From: Candidatus Kapaibacterium sp.
Lineage (GTDB): Bacteria > Bacteroidota > Ignavibacteria > Kapaibacteriales > UBA4661
NCBI GenBank assembly: GCA_036847245.1
Contig: DAIUAL010000002.1
Coordinates: 1 to 58,828 of the forward strand
DNA length: 58,828 bases
Reading direction: 5' to 3'
The notes below the pieces were generated by a model. It was not told where the DNA came from. It saw nothing but the letters and a program-made list of their open reading frames with translations, and did no database searches. Numbering within the stretch: the stretch's first letter is position 1; the number at the start of each line of letters is the position of its first letter. Positions 10,272-20,334 of the stretch are shown piece after piece. Position numbers and translations under genes: made by a program.

Positions 10272-11156
10272 ATGAAAAACTTTACTGTTGGTTTAGTGCA
10301 AATGGGATTTGGCACAGACCCCGATGAGAATACCCGCCGCGCCGTTGAGAAAGTTGGTGAAGCCGCAAGCAAAGGCGCACAGATTATATGCCTCCCCGAA
10401 ATGTATCGAACACCATACTTTTGCCAGCATGAGGACTTTGCTATGTTCGACCTGTCGGAAACTGTTCCCGGTCCATCAAGCGAAGCATTCTCTATAGCGG
10501 CAAAAAATCATAATGTAGCAGTTATTGTACCCATTTTTGAAAAGCGTGCACCGGGAGTATATCATAATAGCGCTCTCATCTATGATGCCGATGGAACATT
10601 ACTTGGTATTTATCGAAAAATGCATATTCCCGATGATCCTGCATTTTATGAGAAATACTATTTCACACCCGGCGATTTAGGCTTCCGTGCGTTTACAACC
10701 AAGCATGGTCGCATTTCTACACTTATCTGCTGGGATCAGTGGTATCCCGAAGGTGCACGGCTTTCTGCTTTGCGTGGTGCGGCATGTCTTTTTTATCCCA
10801 CAGCAATTGGCTGGCATCCCGATGAGCGCGAGCGATTTGGCACAGCACAACATGATTCATGGCGTACGATTCAGCGTAGTCATGCTATTGCGAATGGTGT
10901 CTATGTAGCATCCGTCAATCGTGTGGGGCATGAAATCCAACGCGAAGGTGATGCAGGATTAAAATTTTGGGGACAGTCCTTTATCTGTGACCCACAGGGC
11001 GTGGTGCTTGCCGAAGCAAGTATTGACGAAGAAGAAATCTTGATTGCCGATATTGACATGCGGCACTTAGAAACAATTCGCCGCAACTGGCCCTTCCTCC
11101 GTGATCGGCGCATCGATGCGTATGGCGATATTACCAAACGCTTTATCGAAGAGTAA
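10272..11156 (+). CDS. aguB: N-carbamoylputrescine amidase (nitrilase superfamily)
   Basis: KGAQIICLPEMYRTPYFCQ, IYRKMHIPDDPAFYEKYYFTPGD, ICWDQWYPEGAR (catalytic Cys) and LFYPTAIGW match AguB. Confidence 0.88.
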   Translation: MKNFTVGLVQMGFGTDPDENTRRAVEKVGEAASKGAQIICLPEMYRTPYFCQHEDFAMFDLSETVPGPSSEAFSIAAKNHNVAVIVPIFEKRAPGVYHNSALIYDADGTLLGIYRKMHIPDDPAFYEKYYFTPGDLGFRAFTTKHGRISTLICWDQWYPEGARLSALRGAACLFYPTAIGWHPDERERFGTAQHDSWRTIQRSHAIANGVYVASVNRVGHEIQREGDAGLKFWGQSFICDPQGVVLAEASIDEEEILIADIDMRHLETIRRNWPFLRDRRIDAYGDITKRFIEE

Positions 11157-11294
11157 GCAAGACGGAACCTTTTGCGCACCGGACATCACAAGAAATAGTA
11201 TGATGCCCTTCGTTCATAAAGCCGTATTTTTGTTGTGAACCGTAGAAAGATAGCCCGCTGTGTATGATAACCTCATGTGCAGTGGGCTTTCGAT

Positions 11295-12437
11295 TTATAG
11301 TCGGTTGTTCATCCCACCGACACGAGACAATGCCTCATTGATATGCCGATACACACCATGCCCATGCACAGCAAACTGCGCAAAATATCCCGTGTACCAC
11401 TGACATACACTTGCCCCTGCCTGTTGCGCAGTGCGTACATCCTCTGCTATTGCAATGCCACCCGTACTGATGACATGAAATTCCCGATCATGACGTAGAG
11501 TGCGGCAATACTCTGCGGCATGGTGCACACAAGCAAGTGCATCTCCTTTCACTACTTCGCCCGATACACCGCCACCAAATGTTTGCGTAAAGTAATCATA
11601 CAACCGACGTTCGCTATGGTGAATCCGCTCTGCATGATGTACATAGCGCGTTGAAGTATTGCCGAAATTCACACCATCATATCCAAGGGTGTTTAAAATA
11701 TCCATGAGTGGTGCGATTTGCTCTTGCTGGGTATCGCTAGAATACTTCACAATAATCGGTAGTCGCTGTGTACGCTTGCGGAGAGCATGTTCGGCAAGAA
11801 ACTCCAACCGTTCCACCATTGCATCCCAGCTTTTGTGTTCATCGGAGTGCGACGTATTGGGGCAACTTTCGTTGAGTTCGATAAAATCAACTCGAGCGGA
11901 GGCATACATTTGTATTGCTTCGACTAATTCCTCTAATGCCGCTCGACCACTTGACTCCGGTGCCGCCATGATGCTGACACCTATGGGAAAATCGTTGTAC
12001 CGAGGTAATCCCGAAAGTCGTTTGGCAACCTCAGCATGACCCGCATTCGGCAAACCCAACCAATTCGATGCTGAGCGCGAACGCGGGTACGGTGCAAAAG
12101 GTTTTGCAATGCCTGCTTTGCTATTGCCTGTGCGCGGGTATGTGGTGGTGGTTCCTGCCAAATATGCCCCTGCTCCTTGGCGATAGACCATGTCGTACCC
12201 CTCGCCATTTTTGAATATCCCTGCGGCATTAAAGAGTGACGAACGGAAGCGTAATCCCCACAGCTCTGTTGCGAGTTCTTGAGGCGGTGTGTAGGGTGGT
12301 GGTGCATCAGCAAATAATTGCTCTAAAAAAAAGTTACGCCCCTGCGAATACAATTGTACCGCGGTATGAGGCGGTAAAAGCGCGACGAATGGACGCATAA
12401 GATGATCAGCGCGTGCGAGAAATTCAGCAAGAGTCAT
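11295..12437 (-). CDS. Dihydroorotate dehydrogenase-like flavoprotein (divergent PyrD family)
   Basis: FNAAGIFKNGEGYD, GTTTTYPRTGNSK, NWLGLPNAG, ELNESCPNT and ISTGGI match the PyrD fold. The ATG at 12437 (MTLAEF) avoids overlap with the upstream GNAT gene. Confidence 0.65.
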   Translation of the reverse strand: MTLAEFLARADHLMRPFVALLPPHTAVQLYSQGRNFFLEQLFADAPPPYTPPQELATELWGLRFRSSLFNAAGIFKNGEGYDMVYRQGAGAYLAGTTTTYPRTGNSKAGIAKPFAPYPRSRSASNWLGLPNAGHAEVAKRLSGLPRYNDFPIGVSIMAAPESSGRAALEELVEAIQMYASARVDFIELNESCPNTSHSDEHKSWDAMVERLEFLAEHALRKRTQRLPIIVKYSSDTQQEQIAPLMDILNTLGYDGVNFGNTSTRYVHHAERIHHSERRLYDYFTQTFGGGVSGEVVKGDALACVHHAAEYCRTLRHDREFHVISTGGIAIAEDVRTAQQAGASVCQWYTGYFAQFAVHGHGVYRHINEALSRVGGMNNRL

Positions 12438-12468
12438 AGCGTGTTGTTGATTGGTGATTGTATATGCC

Positions 12469-13005
12469 TTACAAAAATTTGAGCATGAGTATCTCGTCCA
12501 CATACACCGTATAAGTCTTCAGTGCTTGCGGTTCTCTGCCGTACTCGACAAATCCCATTTTACGGTAGAGCTGGTATGCGGGTGAGGTTGGTGGCGATAC
12601 TGTCAGAAGAATTTGCTCGCATCGTGCATCCTCTTTGGCAATGGTCGTTAACATATCAAGTAGTTTGACAGCAATGCCTTGCCCACGTGCCGAGAGCGCA
12701 ACATACATACCAAAAAGTCGCGCTTTGTGGCTTCGCTTGATAAATTGCTGTTGCACTTGCAAACTCACCATACCGAGTATCCGATGATCTTCTTCAGCAA
12801 ATGCGCCTAGAACAAATTGTGTAGGGTATTGCAAATACTGTTGAAAAAACTGCTCCTTATTCAGGGTAGATATTTTCTGATACTCATCATAACTTGAACT
12901 AAACGAGTCCGAATCTGTCCGCAATGCCTCCTCACGCAAACGCACATATTCGAGAAAATCATTCTCGTCCAATGGTCGGACATAATATGGTGTGTGAATA
13001 TTCAT
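12469..13005 (-). CDS. GNAT family N-acetyltransferase
   Basis: Acetyl-CoA binding core LFGMYVALSARGQGIAVKLL. The ATG at 13005 (MNIHTPYY) lies downstream of the comM stop. Confidence 0.8.
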   Translation of the reverse strand: MNIHTPYYVRPLDENDFLEYVRLREEALRTDSDSFSSSYDEYQKISTLNKEQFFQQYLQYPTQFVLGAFAEEDHRILGMVSLQVQQQFIKRSHKARLFGMYVALSARGQGIAVKLLDMLTTIAKEDARCEQILLTVSPPTSPAYQLYRKMGFVEYGREPQALKTYTVYVDEILMLKFL

Positions 13006-13052
13006 GGCATTCCCCTTTTTCCCATGCTGAAAAAAATGTATTCTCCACAAAA

Positions 13053-14597
13053 CTACGCATTCCAAAATTGTCGATCGAGCGAACGGTATTGAATTGCCTC
13101 ACTGATATGTTGAGGTTGAATATGTTCACGATCGGCAAGATCGGCAATCGTACGTGCCACTTTGAGAATACGATCAAAAGCACGTGCTGACAATCCTAAT
13201 TTCGTCATTGCCATTTTCATGAGTGCTTGACCTTGTTCGTCAAGAATACAGAACTTTTTCAAATCTGCTGAAGTCATATCAGCGTTTTTGTGAACGCCTT
13301 TACGTTTTGCAAAACGGTGCTTTTGAATCTCACGAGCGCGTACAACACGCTCGCGCACAGTATTGGATGATTCCCCTTGCTTTGTATCTGTAAGATCTTG
13401 ATACTTTACTGATGCTACATCCACATGAATATCAATACGATCCAGCAAAGGTCCTGAAATTTTCGCCATATAGCGTTGAATGTGCTGTGGCGAGCAGACA
13501 CATTCTTGGATAGTCGAACCAAAGTGCCCACACGGACAAGGATTCATCGAACATACCAGCATGAAATTTGCGGGATATTCGACGGTCATTTTTGTTCGAG
13601 AAATTGCGATACGTCTATCCTCCAACGGTTGGCGTAACACTTCAAGAACATTTCGTGCAAATTCCGGCAATTCATCTAAAAAGAGTACGCCATGATGCGC
13701 CAGCGAAATCTCGCCCGGGCGCACTACGCCAACACCGCCACCCACAAGTGCCGCATCAGAAATCGTATGATGCGGTGCACGATAGGGGCGTACTGATACC
13801 AAACCCACACCACCGGGTAATACACCTGCAACAGAATGAATTTTCGTCGTTTCGAGTGCTTCGTCAATTGTAAGTGGCGGTAAAATACCTGCAAGACGCT
13901 TAGCAAGCATCGTTTTACCCGAACCCGGTGGACCTACCATGATGATATTATGACCACCTGCCGCGGCAACCTCCATTGCCCGTTTGACATTTTCCTGTCC
14001 TTTCACATCGGCAAGATCAGGAATCATCGTTGTTTCGGTATGAAAGAGTTGATTGGCATCTACCACACGTGGAGAAATAACACGCTCGGCAGAACAGTAC
14101 TCAACGGCTTCCCTCAGAGACTGTACCGGAATCACTGCAACACCTTCGACCATCGCGGCTTCATTCGCATTGGCTTCGGGTAGAATAATCGTCGTGCATC
14201 CTTCGTGCTTTGCCTGCATAGCAATTGCCAGCGCACCATGCACCGGACGGACTGTACCATCGAGTGCCAATTCACCAAGAAGCAATGTACTCTCGGGAAT
14301 AGTGTCCACCTGACCAAGTGAAGCAAGCAATGCAAGAGCAATCGGTAAATCAAACGCACTGCCTTCTTTACGAATGTCCGCCGGAGCAAGGTTAACCGTA
14401 ATGCGTTTGGGAGGAAAGGCAAAGTTTGAATTTTTAATTGCCGCCGACACACGCTCGCGAGATTCACGTACTGCAGAATCAGGCAATCCTACCACCGCAA
14501 AACCCGGAATGCCATTTTCAACATGGGTTTCAATTTCTACCACAAACGCATTCACACCAAACGTTGCCGCCGAACGTACACGCGAAAACATTGCCAT
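13053..14597 (-). CDS. comM: YifB/ComM family Mg-chelatase-like AAA+ ATPase
   Basis: Lon-like N-domain (GLPDSAVRESRERV), Walker A (MVGPPGSGKTM), Walker B (GVLFLDELPEF), a CPCG zinc motif and a C-terminal HTH-like region. Confidence 0.92.
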   Translation of the reverse strand: MAMFSRVRSAATFGVNAFVVEIETHVENGIPGFAVVGLPDSAVRESRERVSAAIKNSNFAFPPKRITVNLAPADIRKEGSAFDLPIALALLASLGQVDTIPESTLLLGELALDGTVRPVHGALAIAMQAKHEGCTTIILPEANANEAAMVEGVAVIPVQSLREAVEYCSAERVISPRVVDANQLFHTETTMIPDLADVKGQENVKRAMEVAAAGGHNIIMVGPPGSGKTMLAKRLAGILPPLTIDEALETTKIHSVAGVLPGGVGLVSVRPYRAPHHTISDAALVGGGVGVVRPGEISLAHHGVLFLDELPEFARNVLEVLRQPLEDRRIAISRTKMTVEYPANFMLVCSMNPCPCGHFGSTIQECVCSPQHIQRYMAKISGPLLDRIDIHVDVASVKYQDLTDTKQGESSNTVRERVVRAREIQKHRFAKRKGVHKNADMTSADLKKFCILDEQGQALMKMAMTKLGLSARAFDRILKVARTIADLADREHIQPQHISEAIQYRSLDRQFWNA

Positions 14598-14731
14598 ATC
14601 ATGTCAAAAAAAACGAGCGAAAAAAACTTTTTTCGATACATTGAGTACACATAGAAACGTGTACTGATCGAAACATTCAACTGTACACGTAAGTTACTCA
14701 CCTCACTCACAACTCACAACTTGGAGGATAT

Positions 14732-15121
14732 ATGTTTCTTGGTCTGCGTACCGTAATTTATCAAGTTTCTAATTTGGTAGAAGCAACTGCGTGGTACACC
14801 AAAGTTCTTGGTGTTGCACCCTATTTTAATGAACCATACTATGTTGGCTTTCATGTTGGTGGTTTTGAGCTTGGCTTACAAGCAGATTCTCCATCCTCTA
14901 CACCGGTTGCAAATCAAATTGCCTACTGGGGTGTGGATGAAAATATCGAAGCTGTCTATGCGCATTTACTTGCTTGTGGTGCAACACCACGCGAACATGA
15001 TCCTGCCAACACCGATAATGCTGCAATCTCGGATGTCGGCGGTGGCATCCGCGTAGCAGAAGTCCGTGATCCTTTTGGAAATATCTTCGCTATCTTGTTC
15101 AATCCGCATTTTGGCGCATAA
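14732..15121 (+). CDS. VOC/glyoxalase family protein
   Basis: 129 aa with a typical glyoxalase-fold N-terminus (LRTVIYQVSNLVEATAWYTKVLG). GGAGG lies 6 nt upstream of the ATG. Confidence 0.75.
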   Translation: MFLGLRTVIYQVSNLVEATAWYTKVLGVAPYFNEPYYVGFHVGGFELGLQADSPSSTPVANQIAYWGVDENIEAVYAHLLACGATPREHDPANTDNAAISDVGGGIRVAEVRDPFGNIFAILFNPHFGA

Positions 15122-15127
15122 GTCTTT

Positions 15128-15682
15128 ATGGCAATTACTCTGCAACACTTTACTCCGCAGTATCAACAACAAGTACAAGATTTCGTGCTTGGCATTCAGA
15201 ATGGTGAATTCCATTTGGGCTTGACCGTTCACGATCAGCCCGACCTACCAAATCTACAAGCATTCTACCAAGAGCGTGGCGGGCAGTTTTGGATTGCTCT
15301 TGACGAAGACGATACGGTTGTCGCCACCATTGCAGTAGAATTGCTTCCACGCCACAATGCTGTGCTTCGCAAAATGTTTGTCGCACCCCACCTGCGCGGC
15401 AAGAAAACAATCAACAACAAAGAACTCAATATCGCTCAGACACTCTTCAATGCTGTTCTTGACTTTGCACGCGAACATAATGTGAGCGATCTGTGGCTCG
15501 ACACTCCGCATCAAGCGCAAGCCGCACACCGCTTTTATGTGCGTAATGGCTTTGTGCACGTTAATGCAGAGGCAATTCCCCCTGAATATCGTTTTCCGAA
15601 TATAGCTCTGTCGAAAATACATTTGTATCTCTTGAGTCTTAAATTCTCTTATACTCTTTCATCAAACACTCTTTTCCTATGA
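15128..15682 (+). CDS. GNAT family N-acetyltransferase
   Basis: LRKMFVAPHLRGKK... and AHRFYVRNGF motifs. The stop overlaps the purK start (ATGA). Confidence 0.75.
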   Translation: MAITLQHFTPQYQQQVQDFVLGIQNGEFHLGLTVHDQPDLPNLQAFYQERGGQFWIALDEDDTVVATIAVELLPRHNAVLRKMFVAPHLRGKKTINNKELNIAQTLFNAVLDFAREHNVSDLWLDTPHQAQAAHRFYVRNGFVHVNAEAIPPEYRFPNIALSKIHLYLLSLKFSYTLSSNTLFL

Positions 15683-16857
15683 TTGGGTCTCTTCTTACGC
15701 CCGGTGCACCTACGATGCTTGGCATTCTTGGTGGCGGGCAATTAGCCAAAATGCTTGCTCAAACCGCTTACCGCATGGGTTTGCACATTGCTGTTATCGA
15801 GCATGGTGAAAATTCACCCGCCGGCTTGATGACGAAGCATGAGTTTTCGCAAGGATGGAATCATGAAGGGGACTTGGAGAATTTTATCACATGCGTTGAT
15901 ATCATCACCTTGGAAAATGAGTTTATCGATCCTGCTATCTTAGATCGCATTGCCGAGCGCAGACCGGTTTTTCCATCGCCCGATACGATGCGCTTAGTCC
16001 AAGATAAATTCATTCAAAAAGAAACCATGCAGAAAGCAGGCATCCCAACACCTCGATTTTGCGCGGTAGACAAGGAAACCGATGCGTATGATTTTGCTGA
16101 AAGCGTTGGTTACCCTATCGTCATCAAAACACGAAAATTTGGTTATGATGGTTATGGCAACATGACAGCAAAACGTCGCAACGAAGCATATCGCGCATGG
16201 ATGCGATGGGGCAACTATGAGGGTAATGATCCTGATCAGGTTCGCCCCATCATGGCAGAAGAATTTGTTGATTTCACGCATGAACTTGCCGTCATGGTTG
16301 CTCGCAATCGGCGTGGTGAACTTGCCATCTATCCTTGTGTTGAAACGATTCAAAAAGATCATATCTGCCACACCGTGATTGCTCCTGCGCGCCTCGATGA
16401 AAGCATTCGCAAGCGTGCGCAAGATATTGCCGTATCGGCGGTCGAAGCAGTGCAAGGCGTGGGTGTCTTTGGTGTCGAAATGTTTTTGCGATCTGATGGC
16501 ACATTGCTGTACAATGAAATTGCCCCACGCCCTCATAATTCCGGTCATTACACGATTGAGGGTTGTCATACTTCGCAATTTGAAAACTGTATTCGTGCTG
16601 TGTTGAATTTGCCACTTGGCTCTGCCGAACAGCGCACACCGGTGGCAGTGATGATGAATCTTCTCGGTGAGCGCAGTGGTCCGGGCATACCGGACAGCGT
16701 GGTTGCCATGATGCAATCACCTCATGCACAATTACACTTGTATGGCAAGAAAGATTCTCGCAAAGGACGTAAAATGGGACATCTCACGGTCATCGGCAAT
16801 GACATCGACACCACCCTTGCCGAAGCACAACGCGCAGTCGATGATCTTGTGTGGTGA
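15679..16857 (+). CDS. purK: 5-(carboxyamino)imidazole ribonucleotide synthase
   Basis: LGILGGGQLAKM, an ATP-grasp core and PRPHNSGHYTIEGC match PurK. An alternative start is the ATG at 15715. Confidence 0.9.
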   Translation: MIGSLLTPGAPTMLGILGGGQLAKMLAQTAYRMGLHIAVIEHGENSPAGLMTKHEFSQGWNHEGDLENFITCVDIITLENEFIDPAILDRIAERRPVFPSPDTMRLVQDKFIQKETMQKAGIPTPRFCAVDKETDAYDFAESVGYPIVIKTRKFGYDGYGNMTAKRRNEAYRAWMRWGNYEGNDPDQVRPIMAEEFVDFTHELAVMVARNRRGELAIYPCVETIQKDHICHTVIAPARLDESIRKRAQDIAVSAVEAVQGVGVFGVEMFLRSDGTLLYNEIAPRPHNSGHYTIEGCHTSQFENCIRAVLNLPLGSAEQRTPVAVMMNLLGERSGPGIPDSVVAMMQSPHAQLHLYGKKDSRKGRKMGHLTVIGNDIDTTLAEAQRAVDDLVW

Positions 16858-16926
16858 CTGCTTTCGTGTGCCAAACTATGGCGAAGATGTGTAGAAACCA
16901 AGATTTCAAGAGCTTCCCAACAACTT

Positions 16927-17994
16927 TCATTTTTTTGGCACAGGAAGAACACAATACTGTCGCACGACTTCGAGGATAGCCGTGTGATACGCAAACACCG
17001 TAGCGAGATCTTCTTTGTACGAACAGCAGTCAGTATTACTGAGTACAATGACGCTTGTGCGTACAGCAGGAAAGTAAAAATTCATCGAAGCAAAACCCGG
17101 TGCAAAGCCCGTATTGCCTAATCGCACCACTTGATTGGTCGAATCAATTGTAATGCCATAGCTGTATTCCGTTTTGCCGAAAAGCGGATGCTGGCGCGTT
17201 GCATTGGGCTTCGTAGTCGTGAGAAGTTGCATCATTCGTGGCGAGAGTAATTGCCCGCTATACAATACCCGATTCCATCGAGCTAAATCCCGTGCAGTTG
17301 AGATAAATGAACCTGCTGCAGGATAATTTTCTAAACTCGCTTGTTCCTGTTGAAATGTACCGGTACTGTCACGAGTGTAACCTTGCACTAAGTTCTTATA
17401 CTGCTTCACAGCAGGATGAAATGTCTGCGTCATGCCACAAAGTCGAAAAAGTTCTTGCGCACAGTCCGCAAAGGATTTCCCTGATGTTGCAGATACGATG
17501 CGCGACAACAATTCATAGCCACGTTGTGAGTAGGCGAAGCGCGTTCCTGCCGGAAAAGAAGACGGCTCTGTCAGCGATGTAATGCCATGTGTATGCGTCA
17601 ATAAATGATGTGCAGTAATCGTATCTGCCCATGCTTGTTGCAATTCCGGCAAATACTGACGAATCGGCGCGAAGAGATCTAATCGCTTACTCTCCACTTC
17701 TCGAAGTACCAACACACCGGTGAATTGCTTGCTAATTGACCCTACCACAAATTGACTTGTAGACGAGAAGGGCGTTTTCGTAACATTCCGCGCATACCCT
17801 TGCGATGCGGCATAGAGCGTAGTCGTGTCTTGTTGAATGAGCACCATTCCCGAAAAAGGGTATGGAGCATTGGAATTGTGAAGAATGCGATACAGAGCTT
17901 CTGTAAAGGTAGGTTTTGCTTGTGTGTACGCATTCTGTGGTTGTGCGATGTTCCACACAACGAAGAGAATGACAACAGAAAAAAAATTCTTCAC
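16927..17994 (-). CDS. Serine hydrolase, beta-lactamase/PBP4* (class C-like) family, secreted
   Basis: Signal peptide and an SxxK motif (GSISKQFTG). The GTG start overlaps the meaB stop (GTGA). Confidence 0.75.
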   Translation of the reverse strand: MKNFFSVVILFVVWNIAQPQNAYTQAKPTFTEALYRILHNSNAPYPFSGMVLIQQDTTTLYAASQGYARNVTKTPFSSTSQFVVGSISKQFTGVLVLREVESKRLDLFAPIRQYLPELQQAWADTITAHHLLTHTHGITSLTEPSSFPAGTRFAYSQRGYELLSRIVSATSGKSFADCAQELFRLCGMTQTFHPAVKQYKNLVQGYTRDSTGTFQQEQASLENYPAAGSFISTARDLARWNRVLYSGQLLSPRMMQLLTTTKPNATRQHPLFGKTEYSYGITIDSTNQVVRLGNTGFAPGFASMNFYFPAVRTSVIVLSNTDCCSYKEDLATVFAYHTAILEVVRQYCVLPVPKK

Positions 17995-18992
17995 GATATG
18001 TCCTTGGATGAATGATGTTCACCGCGAAACATTTGTACTAGATGCAATGCTAATGCGGTAGGTGATGCAATACCGGCGCGTGCCTTCTCTTCGTAGTCCT
18101 CATAATGATGAGCAATCGCAGGATGTTCAAAAAATTGTTGATGGAGTAGTGCGGTCAGCGCATCGCGCATCCAATAACCGGCTTGCTCTGTGCGTAGACG
18201 AGCAATATCATCTGCACATGTTTGGCGAAATTGTTCACATATCGCCCACACATCGCTGATACCCTGATTCTCTGTTGCGCTGGCAAGGACCACCGGTGCC
18301 TCCCAAGCTGGATATTTTGGTGTCAGCAAATGTAATCCTGCCTGCAATCGGCGCTGAGTAAGCAATGATTGTTCGCGGTGAATGTCTGCTTTATTAACGA
18401 CAATAGCATCGCACATTTCCATAATACCACGCTTGATACCTTGCAACTCATCGCCGGCAGTGGTAAGCATAATTGCCAAGAAAAAATCGGTGAGTCGTGC
18501 CACCGCTGTTTCAGATTGCCCAACGCCTACCGTTTCAACAATCACAACATCATAGCCCGCCGCTTCGCACAGAAGCATGGTTTCGCGGGTTTTGCGGGCA
18601 GTGCCACCGAGCGTCCCGCCCGAAGCAGAAGGACGAATAAAGGCATTCTCTTCGCGGGCAAGCAGAAGCATCCGTGTTTTATCGCCGAGAATAGCACCAC
18701 CCGTTCGCTCTGAACTGGGGTCAATTGCAAGCACGGCGACTTTTAACCCGAGCGAGCAGAGGTATAATCCCAATGCTTCGATGAAGGTACTTTTACCTGC
18801 ACCGGGAACGCCGGTAATGCCCAAACGAAATGCGCGTCCCGTTTGCGGAAGCACAGATTCGATGAGCAGTTGCGCTTGGCGAATATCTTCAGAACGTGTG
18901 CTTTCCACGAGTGAAATTGCCTTCGCCAACAAGCGACGATTCCCCATGCGAACACCGTTCTGCAATGTTTCGAGTGAAAGTGTTCGTGCCAT
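17991..18992 (-). CDS. meaB: MeaB/ArgK-type G3E GTPase (methylmalonyl-CoA mutase chaperone family)
   Basis: GITGVPGAGKST, AIDPSS, GDKTRM, ETVGVGQSE and VVNKAD motifs. The ATG at 18992 starts 1 nt after the upstream gene's stop codon. Confidence 0.88.
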   Translation of the reverse strand: MARTLSLETLQNGVRMGNRRLLAKAISLVESTRSEDIRQAQLLIESVLPQTGRAFRLGITGVPGAGKSTFIEALGLYLCSLGLKVAVLAIDPSSERTGGAILGDKTRMLLLAREENAFIRPSASGGTLGGTARKTRETMLLCEAAGYDVVIVETVGVGQSETAVARLTDFFLAIMLTTAGDELQGIKRGIMEMCDAIVVNKADIHREQSLLTQRRLQAGLHLLTPKYPAWEAPVVLASATENQGISDVWAICEQFRQTCADDIARLRTEQAGYWMRDALTALLHQQFFEHPAIAHHYEDYEEKARAGIASPTALALHLVQMFRGEHHSSKDIS

Positions 18993-18993
18993 G

Positions 18994-20313
18994 CTATGAT
19001 ACTTGAGAAGAAGATTTACCAAGAAGATGTCGCGCATACTGCCATGTATCGGGTATTGCACGCCCAAGATCCGTGATGCGTAGGGGGACATGTTGTTGCA
19101 GAGCATACCAACAGATCATACCCTGCACAGCCATGTAGGTGCCATAGCCAAGCGGAACAAGCGTTGCATTGTGCGTAAGTCCGATAGCGCACAGCATGAT
19201 CGCACCCGCGCCACCACCCCACCACACCGAGCGCAGAACAGCGCGACTTTGCCCAATACCGCTCAATGCCCCACCAAGCATAGTCAGTGGCAAAAAAGGA
19301 GCAATCCATGTTAGCACTACGAAATGGTGAATCGCACCTTCGTAATGCACAGGCAAGACCCATCGCAACACCATTGCCGTCATCCCCCAAAAAGAAGAAA
19401 GCGCAATACCTGCAAAACCCAAGATTAAAAATGACAATGCTTTTGATAGCACCGATGCTAATTCATCAAGACGATGTTCAGCATATAAGCGTGTTGCTAT
19501 CGGATAGAGAATTCCGGCAATCGCATCGGTGATATCCGTGCAGACACGAAAGAGTGTTTTCGCACTATTGTATAAGCCCACCACTCCAACACCAAAAAAG
19601 AATTGTACAGCATACACATCGAGTTGGCGGACACCATTATGGACAACACCAATGATTGTTTGATCGGCTCCAAAGCGGGTAAAATCACGCTTGTTGAAAC
19701 CTGCATCAATCCGCCATTGCCATGAAGAGCGCGTGAACCATGCAGAAGACAATGACGATGCGCCATGCCCACAGATGGTAATCCACGCAAGATGTTCAAA
19801 AGAAGTCAGCATGTTTTGTCCGAGGAAGATCACCGTCAAGATCGTCATCGTGCCATAGTATGCAGTGTTCACCCAAAAGACTTCTTTCATTTGAATATCA
19901 CGATACAACAGGCGAAGACCCACGACACGCACGCATCCGGCAAGAAGAAGAATTGGCACATAGCGCACTGCAACCACAACAGCATCGGCGAGCATTACTG
20001 CGCCACTGCCAATCACACTCAGTGCAAGAGCAAGTATAATGACACTGACGACTATTTTTCCATGCCATTGCACGCTCATTGCTACCGCCGAACCTCGTTG
20101 CGCGCCCGTGCCGAAGCGGATAATTCCCTGCAATGCAAAGCTATCGCTGATCGCAAAAACATACAGCACCAAGCCATTCAGCAAAGCAAATCTGCCGAAC
20201 TCCTCTGCCGGTAGTGTGCGAAACTGTATGATCTGCACAAAGCCATAGACAATGGCAAGGAGCTTATCAGCACCCGTCCATGAAAGTTTGGCAATGTGTT
20301 CTTGAATACGCAT
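18994..20313 (-). CDS. Polysaccharide/oligosaccharide flippase-like polytopic membrane protein (MOP superfamily)
   Basis: 439 aa, roughly 12-14 hydrophobic segments, and N-terminal KL.W.GADKLLAIVYGF, typical of Wzx-like proteins. Confidence 0.6.
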   Translation of the reverse strand: MRIQEHIAKLSWTGADKLLAIVYGFVQIIQFRTLPAEEFGRFALLNGLVLYVFAISDSFALQGIIRFGTGAQRGSAVAMSVQWHGKIVVSVIILALALSVIGSGAVMLADAVVVAVRYVPILLLAGCVRVVGLRLLYRDIQMKEVFWVNTAYYGTMTILTVIFLGQNMLTSFEHLAWITICGHGASSLSSAWFTRSSWQWRIDAGFNKRDFTRFGADQTIIGVVHNGVRQLDVYAVQFFFGVGVVGLYNSAKTLFRVCTDITDAIAGILYPIATRLYAEHRLDELASVLSKALSFLILGFAGIALSSFWGMTAMVLRWVLPVHYEGAIHHFVVLTWIAPFLPLTMLGGALSGIGQSRAVLRSVWWGGGAGAIMLCAIGLTHNATLVPLGYGTYMAVQGMICWYALQQHVPLRITDLGRAIPDTWQYARHLLGKSSSQVS

Positions 20314-20334
20314 ACAGTTTTTACAACTCGAAAA

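Noticed and set aside
15994-16716. 240-aa minus-strand ORF (and a 145-aa ORF at 16292..16729) antisense to purK
   Set aside because: The purK frame has strong family motifs. The antisense products are Cys/His/Arg-rich and match no family, which is typical of shadow ORFs. The same reasoning applies to 6542..7114 in relA, 18577..18999 in meaB, 11659..12039 in the pyrD-like gene, 55917..56504 in the GT-like gene and 52095..52580 across the T9SS paralogs.
17991-18992. MeaB GTPase without an adjacent methylmalonyl-CoA mutase as a possible anomaly
   Set aside because: G3E chaperone genes are often unlinked from their mutase. A methylmalonyl-CoA epimerase at 45575 shows the pathway exists, so nothing in the sequence marks this as unusual.
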